A DNA stretch of 64,000 nt from an uncultured Actinomycetota bacterium (GTDB taxonomy: Bacteria > Actinomycetota > Actinomycetes > Actinomycetales > Kineosporiaceae), in NCBI GenBank assembly GCA_963750395.1, contig CAVVQM010000009.1, forward strand, positions 69,349-133,348, written 5' to 3'. Below, in pieces: positions 56,592 to 64,000 of this stretch (position 1 is the stretch's first letter; the number at the start of each line of letters is the position of its first letter). A program made the position numbers and the translations under genes. The notes beneath the pieces are model-generated. The model ran no database searches and had not been told where the DNA came from. It worked only from the letters and a program-made list of their open reading frames with translations.

Positions 56592-58422
56592 TCAGACGGT
56601 CCCGATCGAGACCGCCGCGCTCTGCGAGGTCACCCAACTGCGCAGGTCGCTGAGGTCGCCGAGCCCGGCCACGGACTCAGGCCGGGCGTACCAGTAGCCC
56701 TGGCCGATGGGCACGCCGAGGCGGCGGACCCACTCGTGGTGTTCCTCGGTCTCGATCCCCTCGGCGACCACCCGCAGGCCGAGATCGCGCGCGATGCGAG
56801 ACCAGACCGGCGACGATGGTCCGCGCCGATTCGCTGACCGGCAGCGCCTTGGTGAACCGCTGATCGATCTTCAGACCTTCGATGGGCTGGTCCAGCAGGT
56901 AGCCCATGGAGGAGAACCCGGTCCCGAAGTCGTCGATCATCACGCTGATCCCGAGGCGCTCCAGTTCGCGCAGCGTGTTGATGGACGGATCCATCTGCTC
57001 CAGGATCTGGTCCTCGGTGACCTCCACCTCGAGCCTGCTCGCGGGCACACCCCCGGCGGCCAGCAGTGCGGCGATGTGCTGCGGCATGGCCGGTTGCAGC
57101 AGCATCTCGGGCGAGAGGTTGACCGCGATGCGCACGTCGGTCGGCGACTTGCCGGCCATGCCGATGGCACGTTGCAGGACCCACTGGGTGAGCTCGGGCA
57201 TCCGGCCGCTGCGGCGGGCGAAGTCGAGCACGTGCGCCGGGCCGTTCACTCGCCCGGACGAGTCGCGCCAGCGCAGCAGGGCCTCGACGGAGACGACCCT
57301 GCCGCTGTCCAGATCGACCAGGGGCTGCAGGAACAGGTCGAGGTCGCGATCGCGCAGTGCCCGCGAGACGGACTCGTCGATGTTGGCCTGTACCAGGGCC
57401 GCGCGGCCGAGGTCGGAGGCGTAGACGCGCCAGGTGCCGCGCTGCCGCTTGGCGGCATACATCGCCTGGTCGGCGCGGCGCAGCAGATCCTCGGCCTGCA
57501 GCCCGGGCATGGCCAGCGCGATGCCGATGCTCGACCCGAGTTGGTAGTGGCGCCCCCCGACGTCGAACGGGGCGCCGATCAGTTCGTGGATCCGCCCCGC
57601 GACCGCCTCGGCCTCGACCACGCCGGCGGAGATCACCGCGACGAACTCATCACCGCCGAGCCGACCGGTCAGGTCGCCCGAGCGCACCACCCGGGAGAGC
57701 CTGGCGGCGACCTCCTGGAGCACCAGGTCACCGATCGCGTGCCCGCTGTTGTCGTTGACCTGCTTGAACCGATCGAGATCGATGAACAGGACGGCGCAGA
57801 GTTCCTCACGGCTCAGCATCGCCGCGATCCTGGACAGCACCCGGCTGCGGTTCGCCAGCCCGGTCAGCGGGTCGTGGTAGGCGAGGTAGTGCAGTCGTTG
57901 CCGCAACCGGTCCCGCTCGGTCACGTCGCGCACGCTCACCAGCACGTCCTGCCCACGCAGCGACAGGGCCGCCTCGAACACGACGTGCTCGCGGCGCCCC
58001 TCGATCAGCTGCGGCGAGGTCTCACCGGCGTCCAACCGCTGGACGGCGGCCGCGAACGCCCGGCGGGGTAGGGCGATCGCCGTCCAGACCTTGACGTCAG
58101 TCCAGACCGCCTGCGCGCCCAGGATCCGCTCGCCGGCGGGACTCACGTAGCTGAGGGATCCGTCCCGCCGAGCGATCATGATGGCGTCGGCGGAGTCCTC
58201 CAGCAGCGACTCGTAGTAGCTCTGCCGAGCCTGCAGCTCCCCGCTGAGCCGCCGCAGCAGGCGCTGGGAAAGGATCTGGCGAACCACCACGACGACGAGG
58301 GCGAGACAGATGGCAATGAGGACGGCGAGCGTCACGACGGCGGCCGGCCTCACCGCTCCACCCACCCTCCACTGGTTCGGTCCCTTCGGCGCTTCATCGG
58401 CAGTCCGGCGGGCGTGCTTCAC
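56592..58422 (-). pseudogene. PAS-GGDEF-EAL signalling protein with a frameshift near 56810
   Basis: YHDPLTGLANR and RLGGDEFV mark the GGDEF domain. LFLQPLVD, EVTED and MIDDFGTGFSSMGYL mark the EAL domain. After the shift the frame reads DLGLRVVAEGIETEEHHEWVRRLGVPIGQGYWYARP to a TGA at 56592. The start is uncertain, because ORF start 58548 overlaps tRNA-Ser. Confidence 0.8.
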
Positions 58423-58518
58423 CCGGCCGAGGGCCTCAAACCAGGGCAGGGCGCGATCTTGAGGGGCCGTCCGCGCGAGTGACCGGAGTCCTCCGGCCGG
58501 TTGGGTAGACTCCCCGGC

Positions 58519-58606
58519 GGAGGATTCGCCTAGTGGCCTAGGGCGCACGCTTGGAAAGCGTGTTGGGTTAACACCCTCAGGGGTTCGAATCCCCTATCCT
58601 CCGCCA
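58519..58606 (+). tRNA. tRNA-Ser (anticodon GGA), CCA encoded
   Basis: The acceptor stem GGAGGAU pairs with AUCCUCC. The anticodon stem-loop is CACGC-UUGGAAA-GCGUG. It has a long variable arm and the T arm AGGGG-UUCGAAU-CCCCU. The 3' end is GCCA. Confidence 0.95.
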
Positions 58607-58636
58607 GCGTTGCCGTGCCGGACGGGCCTCGGCCGC

Positions 58637-58693
58637 CTCAGCAGCTCGATCGGCTCAGCAGCTCGATCGGCTCAGCAGTTCGATCGGCTCAGG
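58637..58693. repeat. 17-bp tandem repeat, ~3.3 copies
   Basis: CTCAGCAGCTCGATCGG occurs twice, then CTCAGCAGTTCGATCGG, then CTCAGG. It lies between tRNA-Ser and the 3' end of the GH3 gene and includes the last GH3 codons. Confidence 0.9.
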
Positions 58694-60315
58694 CCCGACA
58701 CCTCGACGGGCAGCGCGCCCCGCGGCGGCGCGGCCCCGGCGAGCACCTCCGCCAGCGCGTCGAAGGAGCCCGCGGTGTCACCGAACAGGGCGTAGGCGCG
58801 CTGTGCGCCGGAGGCCGCCACGGCACCGGTCAGCACGGTCGGCCAGCCGAGGGCGACGACGATCTCGGACGGCGCCACGCCGCCGTCGGAGGTCAGGGCG
58901 ACCCGGGGGCCCGAGCCGGTCCCCAGACCGGCCCGCCGGGCCGCGGCCGCGAAACGGGCGCGCTGTCCAGCACTCCCGCCGACCAGCCGCACGGACGTCA
59001 GCGGTCCGGCGGGGCACTCGCCGAGCACCTGGGTGATCGCCGCCGCCGAGACCGCCCGGGAGGCGGCCTGCGCGGTGGCCGCGATCCCGTCGGGCACCCC
59101 GGCAGCGTCCACCCGTCGAGCCTGCCACCGTTGCAGGGCAACGACCTTCGCGGCGGCGTCCTCCGCGCGGGCCCGGGGCACGCCGCCGGTCTCGATCGCC
59201 GTGATGAGCGCCGCGTGCGTGGCCTCGGTGTCGGCGGGCATGAGCAGCAGGTCGGCTCCGGCGGCCAGCGCCCGGACTCCCGGATCGCCCCCTCGACGGA
59301 CCGCGCCCATGCCCAGGGAGTCGGTGACGGCGACGCCGTCGAATCCACGGTCCCGCAGGAGCTGATATCCCTTGGTGGACAGGCTGATCGGGACGCCCGG
59401 GTCGATCGCCTCGACCGCGATGTGGCTCATCATGACGGCCGGTGCACCGGCCTCGGCCGCCGCGTCGAACGGCAGCAGGTCGCGATCGCGGAGCTGGGCC
59501 AGGCCGGCCTTCTGCACCGGTAGGGCCGTGTGGCTGTCCGCCGTCACCGATCCGTGGCCGGGATAGTGCTTGGCGGTCGAGACGAGGCCGCCGTCGGTGA
59601 AGCCGCGCACCGCGGCCGCGGTGGCCAGCGAGGCGACCTGGGCGTCGTCCGATGCTGCGCGGGTGCCGATGGTCGGATCCGACGGGCCGATGGTGACGTC
59701 GGCGTCCGGCGCGAACACCCAGGTGAACCCCAGCGAGCGCAGTTCGACGGCGGTCGCCCGGGCCAGCTCCTCCACGGCCTGCACACCCTCGGCGGCGTCG
59801 CCGCGGTCCAGATCACCGGCGACGGCGGCGCCGGAGGCCATGAACGGGGGCAGAGCCGTGGCCAACTCGCCCAGGTGCGAGACCAGGCCACCCTCCTGGT
59901 CGACGCCGATCACCGCTGGGACGTCGCGTCCGTCCTCGGCGACGGCCCGCTGCACGGCCGCTCCGGTCGCCCTGACCTGCTCGCGGGTCTCGATGTTGGC
60001 GCCGGTCAGGCACACCCCGGCCAGATGCAGGTCGGCCACCAGGCGCGCGGCGGCGTCCGGGTCGGTGCCGTGGTAGCGGCCGATGATCACCTGCCCGGCC
60101 AGGCGAGCCGGTTCCCATCCCGCGACCTCGGTCCGCGCCGCAGCCAGTTCGGCGTTGGTCGGACCCCACGGCAGCGACTGATCCGGATCGGGGGACGCCC
60201 CGGTGCTGACGGCCGGCGAATCGGATGGCGGCGAGACTGCCGGACCGGCGGACGACGCCGAGCACGCGGCCAGAGCGAGAACCCCGACCAGCAGTGGGCT
60301 GACGCCTCGCTTCAC
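58672..60315 (-). CDS. glycoside hydrolase family 3 lipoprotein (NagZ/LpqI-like beta-N-acetylglucosaminidase)
   Basis: The start is GTG 60315. The lipobox is LLVGVLALAACS. IGVDQEGG, VFAPDADV and KHYPGHG are present. Confidence 0.8.
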   Translation of the reverse strand: MKRGVSPLLVGVLALAACSASSAGPAVSPPSDSPAVSTGASPDPDQSLPWGPTNAELAAARTEVAGWEPARLAGQVIIGRYHGTDPDAAARLVADLHLAGVCLTGANIETREQVRATGAAVQRAVAEDGRDVPAVIGVDQEGGLVSHLGELATALPPFMASGAAVAGDLDRGDAAEGVQAVEELARATAVELRSLGFTWVFAPDADVTIGPSDPTIGTRAASDDAQVASLATAAAVRGFTDGGLVSTAKHYPGHGSVTADSHTALPVQKAGLAQLRDRDLLPFDAAAEAGAPAVMMSHIAVEAIDPGVPISLSTKGYQLLRDRGFDGVAVTDSLGMGAVRRGGDPGVRALAAGADLLLMPADTEATHAALITAIETGGVPRARAEDAAAKVVALQRWQARRVDAAGVPDGIAATAQAASRAVSAAAITQVLGECPAGPLTSVRLVGGSAGQRARFAAAARRAGLGTGSGPRVALTSDGGVAPSEIVVALGWPTVLTGAVAASGAQRAYALFGDTAGSFDALAEVLAGAAPPRGALPVEVSGLSRSNC

Positions 60316-61925
60316 CGGTTTCGGCGCGCTGTTCCGAGGATGCTGCGCGTGATCTCCCGGCCGAGAACCGTTCCGGCCGAACGCAGGAAGCTCTTGAAGG
60401 CGCTCGACTTGACCACACCCTCGACCAGACCGGGCTCCTCCTTGGCCGCCTTGCGCGAGCGTGGGGCGGGGCGGTCGTCGGCCGGTTGGTCGTCCTCGGA
60501 CCGGTGGACGGGCTCCTCGCGAGACGTACTGCGGGTGGAGACAGCGCTCTCGGACGGCGGGGGCGCCAGCTTGGCGGCCAGCCGTTCGTAGGCGGACTCC
60601 CGGTCGATCTCGGTGCCGTACTCGGCCAGCAACGGGGAGGCGGCCACGACGGCGCTGATCTGCTCGGCCGGGGCGGGGGACATCGCGGAGAGCGGCGCGC
60701 GAAGCCGGGTCCACGCCACCGGGGTCGGCGCACCCCGCTCGGACAGCACCGTGATCACCGCCTCGCCGATGCCGAGCTGGGTGAGCAGCTCCTCCAGGTC
60801 ATAGCTCGAGTTCGGGAAGGTGGACGCGGTCGCCCGCAGAGCCTTGGCGTCGTCCGGGGTGTAGGCCCGAAGGGCGTGCTGCACGCGGTTGCCGAGCTGG
60901 GCGAGGACGTCGGCATCGACGTCCTTGGGCGTCTGGGTCACGAAGAAGACCCCGACCCCCTTGGACCGGATCAGCCGCACGGTCTGGGTGATCTGGTCCA
61001 GGAACGCCTTGCTGGCGTCCTTGAACAGCAGGTGCGCCTCGTCGAAGAAGAAGACCAGCTTGGGCCGATCGAGATCGCCCGCCTCGGGCAGTTCGTCGAA
61101 CAGATCGGCCAGCAGCCACAGCAGGAAGGTGGAGAAGAGCGCCGGCTTGTCCTGCACCGCAGGCAGTTCCAGGCAGGTGATGACACCCCGCCCGTCCGCG
61201 GCGGTGCGCATCAGATCGGCGGTGTCGAACTCGGGCTCGCCGAAGAACTTCTCGGCACCCGCGTCGGAGAACGCGATCAGCTCACGCAGGATCACCCCGG
61301 CGGTCGCCTTGCTCAGGCCGCCCAGCCCCTTGAGGTCGCCCTGTCCCTCCTCGGAGACCAGGTAGTGGACGACCGAGCGCAGGTCCTTCAGGTCGAGCAG
61401 CGCCAATCCCGCCTTGTCCGCGAAGTGGAAGACCAGGGACAGCGACGAGGTCTGGGTGTCGTTGAGGTCGAGGACCTTCGCCAGCAGGGTCGGCCCGAAC
61501 GAGGTGACCGTCGCCCGGACGGGGACGCCGGCGCCCTCGCCGCCCAGTGCCAGGAACTCGACGGGGAACCCGGTGGCCTGCCAGTCCTGACCGATGCTCG
61601 TCGTCCGCGCCAGCAGCTTCTCACTGGACGAGCCGGGCTGGACGACCCCGGACAGGTCGCCCTTGATGTCGGCCATGAACACCGGCACGCCCTGACCCGA
61701 CAACTGCTCGGCCATCACCTGCAGCGTCTTGGTCTTGCCGGTGCCGGTCGCACCGGCGACCAGCCCGTGCCGGTTGAGCATCCCGAGGGGGATGCGCACC
61801 TGTGCCTCGACGACCGGCTCGTTGTCGACGAGGAGGGCGCCGAGTTCGAGCGCGGGCCCGGTGAAGGCGTATCCCCTCTTCACCGTCTCGACGACGGACT
61901 GGTCCCCGTCCTGGCTGGCGGGCAT
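60312..61925 (-). CDS. DUF853-family HerA/FtsK-like P-loop NTPase (YjgR-like)
   Basis: The Walker A reads HGLVAGATGTGKTKTLQ, and the Walker B region reads KLVFFFDEAHLLF. The ORF is 537 aa. The stop overlaps the GH3 start (GTGA). Confidence 0.8.
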   Translation of the reverse strand: MPASQDGDQSVVETVKRGYAFTGPALELGALLVDNEPVVEAQVRIPLGMLNRHGLVAGATGTGKTKTLQVMAEQLSGQGVPVFMADIKGDLSGVVQPGSSSEKLLARTTSIGQDWQATGFPVEFLALGGEGAGVPVRATVTSFGPTLLAKVLDLNDTQTSSLSLVFHFADKAGLALLDLKDLRSVVHYLVSEEGQGDLKGLGGLSKATAGVILRELIAFSDAGAEKFFGEPEFDTADLMRTAADGRGVITCLELPAVQDKPALFSTFLLWLLADLFDELPEAGDLDRPKLVFFFDEAHLLFKDASKAFLDQITQTVRLIRSKGVGVFFVTQTPKDVDADVLAQLGNRVQHALRAYTPDDAKALRATASTFPNSSYDLEELLTQLGIGEAVITVLSERGAPTPVAWTRLRAPLSAMSPAPAEQISAVVAASPLLAEYGTEIDRESAYERLAAKLAPPPSESAVSTRSTSREEPVHRSEDDQPADDRPAPRSRKAAKEEPGLVEGVVKSSAFKSFLRSAGTVLGREITRSILGTARRNR

Positions 61926-62075
61926 GGCGGTCTCCCTGTTCCGGCGGTCACGTCTGTCGTCTCGACCATTCGGACAGGCCGCGGTATCGGGCGTTCGAAC
62001 AGACCCGAAGCAGCCGACCGTCGGACGACCCCATCACTGCGCGCAGCGTACCGGGCGCCGGTTAGACTGTTCTGG

Positions 62076-62450
62076 GTGATCTTCAAAGCCGTGGGGGACG
62101 GCCGGCCGTATCCGGACCACGGCTTCGCGACCACCCGGCAGTGGTCCAAGATCCCCCCGCGCCAGGTGCGCCTCGACAGCCTGATCACCGTCCGCCGGAC
62201 CCTGGACCTGACCCAGCTGCTGTCCGAGGACTCGACCTTCTACGGCGATCTGTTCGCCCATGTGGTGGCCTGGCGCGGCGATCTGTACCTCGAGACCGGC
62301 CTGCACCGCGCCGTCCGGGCGGCCCTGGCCCGCCAGGTCACCCTGGCCTGCCGGGTGCTGGTGCTGCCCGATGCCCTGGAACCTGGCCCCATCGATGTGC
62401 GAGATGTCAGCGGGTCGGCTGGACGAATGGCCCCATACGAACGATCCTGA
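62076..62450 (+). CDS. conserved hypothetical protein
   Basis: This is the 124-aa C-terminal part of ORF 60486-62450, from GTG 62076. Everything upstream is antisense to the DUF853 gene. Confidence 0.45.
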   Translation: MIFKAVGDGRPYPDHGFATTRQWSKIPPRQVRLDSLITVRRTLDLTQLLSEDSTFYGDLFAHVVAWRGDLYLETGLHRAVRAALARQVTLACRVLVLPDALEPGPIDVRDVSGSAGRMAPYERS

Positions 62451-62455
62451 CCCGG

Positions 62456-63136
62456 ATGGCTGGCCGAACGGACGGCGAGAACCCGGCCACCGAGGAGATC
62501 CGCTTTCCCGGTGACAGGCCGGGTAGTGGTCATGAGGCGTCGTCAGAGTTCGAGGAGGAGGAGCTGTCCGAGGCGGACCTCATCGTCCAGCGCCGCCAGG
62601 AGTCGGCGCGTCGGCAGCGACGGCAGAGCCTGACCTTCCTGACCTTGTTCGCCCTGATCCTGCTGCTCGGTGTGCTGGCGCTGGCGGCCTACTTCCAGAG
62701 GATCACTCTGCCGTTCGGCAGCGGGCGGCCCGCCGCACTGCCGACCTGCCCCACGGCCTCGCCGACTCTGCTGACCCCTGGCGAGGTCAGCGTGCACGTC
62801 TTCAACGCCTCGACCCGCAACGGCCTGGCCCTGAGCGTGGCACGCGAGTTGCAGGGGCGCGGCTTCCTCATCCCGTCCAGCCCCGCCAACGATCCCCACA
62901 AGACCAAGGTCACGACGATGGCGGTGATCCGGCACGGTCCCGACGGGCTGCTGGCCGCCCAGACCGTCGCCACGATCGTGGACGGCGAGGTGACCTACGC
63001 CGAGGACGACCGCACCGGGACGGATGTCGACCTGGTCCTCGGCGGTGCCTTCAAGCTGGTGCCGAAGGCAGCGCCCTCCGCGTCACCGTCCGCGGTCGCG
63101 CCCGCCCCGACGCCGACCTGCCAGCCGGCCTCCTGA
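62456..63136 (+). CDS. LytR_C domain-containing membrane protein
   Basis: The start is ATG 62456. One TM segment is present (LTFLTLFALILLLGVLALAAYF). VSVHVFNASTRNGLALSVARELQGRGF is the LytR C-terminal domain pattern. Confidence 0.7.
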   Translation: MAGRTDGENPATEEIRFPGDRPGSGHEASSEFEEEELSEADLIVQRRQESARRQRRQSLTFLTLFALILLLGVLALAAYFQRITLPFGSGRPAALPTCPTASPTLLTPGEVSVHVFNASTRNGLALSVARELQGRGFLIPSSPANDPHKTKVTTMAVIRHGPDGLLAAQTVATIVDGEVTYAEDDRTGTDVDLVLGGAFKLVPKAAPSASPSAVAPAPTPTCQPAS

Positions 63137-63166
63137 GGGGACGACGCCGGCGAAGCAGACGCGGCG

Positions 63167-63574
63167 TCAGTCCACCGAGAGTGGCTCGATATCGCTGGAG
63201 CAGTACATGCACTTGACCGCGTCGACCGGGACGAACGACTTGCAGTAGTCACACTCCCGATTGCCCTGGGCCCTGAAGTTCATGCCGACCTTGACCAGGG
63301 CGCGAACGAGCAGGAGCAGCACGACGGCGATCAGCAGGAAGTTGAGCAGGGCGCCGAGGAAGGTGCCGTAGCGTACCTCGGTGCCGTTGAGGTTGACCGA
63401 GAGGTGGCTCGGGTCGGGGAAGGTGAACAGGGCCCCGATCAGCCCCATCATCACGTCGTTGGCGAAGGTGTCCACGACGGCCCCGAAGGCGACCCCGAGA
63501 ATCACGCCGATGGCAAGGTCGACAACGTTGCCCGATAGCGCGAAGAGCTTGAAATCCCTGATGAACTCTCCCAT
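63167..63574 (-). CDS. mscL: large-conductance mechanosensitive channel MscL with a C-terminal CxxC-x10-CxxC extension
   Basis: EFIRDFKLFALSGNVVDLAIGVILGVAFGAVV and GTFLGALLNFLLIAVVLLLLV are the MscL TM1 and TM2 regions. The tail reads ECDYCKSFVPVDAVKCMYCSSD. Confidence 0.9.
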   Translation of the reverse strand: MGEFIRDFKLFALSGNVVDLAIGVILGVAFGAVVDTFANDVMMGLIGALFTFPDPSHLSVNLNGTEVRYGTFLGALLNFLLIAVVLLLLVRALVKVGMNFRAQGNRECDYCKSFVPVDAVKCMYCSSDIEPLSVD

Positions 63575-63622
63575 GCGCGGAGCGTAGACCGGCGCAGCGG
63601 GACCCCGGCAACCCCTTCGTCG

Positions 63623-64000
63623 TCACGTGAATCGTCGTGCGAGACGCTCCAGCCGCTGTCGGTAATCCGTCCAGGCCGAGTCGTCGGCCACCCAGAGATT
63701 GTCGCTGTCGGGACGCTGGCCGGCCACGCCGTCGATGAGTTCGCGCACGATGTCGGCATGGCCTGCATGGCGATGGGTCTCGGTGGCCACGTGCACCAGG
63801 ATCTGGTGCAGCCGGACGGCGCTGCGCTCCGGCGGCCACCAGGCGACCTGGCCCGCGGCGTCCAGGTCGTGCGACTCGATGGTGGCGTCGGCGTGCGCCC
63901 AGACCCGGCGGTAGCGGTCCACGATCTGCTCCCGGGACTCGTCGGCCCGCGCGTACATGTCGGCGTTCGGCTCCGCCTCGGGACCGTGCTCGGGAATCGG
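63623..64000 (-). CDS. DinB/DUF664-family protein (5' end outside the window)
   Basis: LHQILVHVATETHRHAGHADIVRELIDG is the typical DinB-fold metal-binding helix. The ORF stays open to the window edge. Confidence 0.65.
   Translation of the reverse strand, partial: PIPEHGPEAEPNADMYARADESREQIVDRYRRVWAHADATIESHDLDAAGQVAWWPPERSAVRLHQILVHVATETHRHAGHADIVRELIDGVAGQRPDSDNLWVADDSAWTDYRQRLERLARRFT

Overview
The window is a very GC-rich chromosomal segment of actinobacterial type. About 60 genes can be called, and most are core metabolism or housekeeping.

Gene content, left to right:
- Phosphate and polyphosphate cluster: ppk1 (5' truncated), a mutT1-like NUDIX/His-phosphatase gene, pstSCAB, a DUF47 gene, pit, and a membrane metallophosphoesterase.
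- A co-directional minus-strand block: a YegP-histone-tail fusion, an HExxH membrane protein, an ABC-2 permease, and an alpha/beta-hydrolase fused to an ABC ATPase.
- sua5/tsaC, citE and maoC, and a GH3 lipoprotein.
- tRNA-Lys with a 7.2-kb integrated element. It carries AbiEi/AbiEii, two uncharacterised ORFs, and an integrase split by an IS1380-type insertion.
- An OYE reductase, a LuxR regulator, a methyltransferase, an EamA transporter, and a ~1140-aa protein of unknown function.
- The desA3-like desaturase with its reductase, glgP, an M28 peptidase, asd, ask and recR.
- Two hydrolase genes, dnaX, SRP RNA, a GGDEF-EAL gene, tRNA-Ser, a second GH3 lipoprotein, a DUF853 ATPase and mscL.

The most striking property is an uneven distribution of frameshifts. 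pstSCAB is saturated with single-base indels, and about ten further, mostly accessory, genes carry one to several. More than 20 kb of housekeeping genes are uninterrupted. From sequence alone I cannot tell real pseudogenisation from local consensus errors.

The best candidates for new biology are the hydrolase-TM-ABC fusion operon and the uncharacterised cargo of the tRNA-Lys islet. No CRISPR array or rRNA gene was seen.
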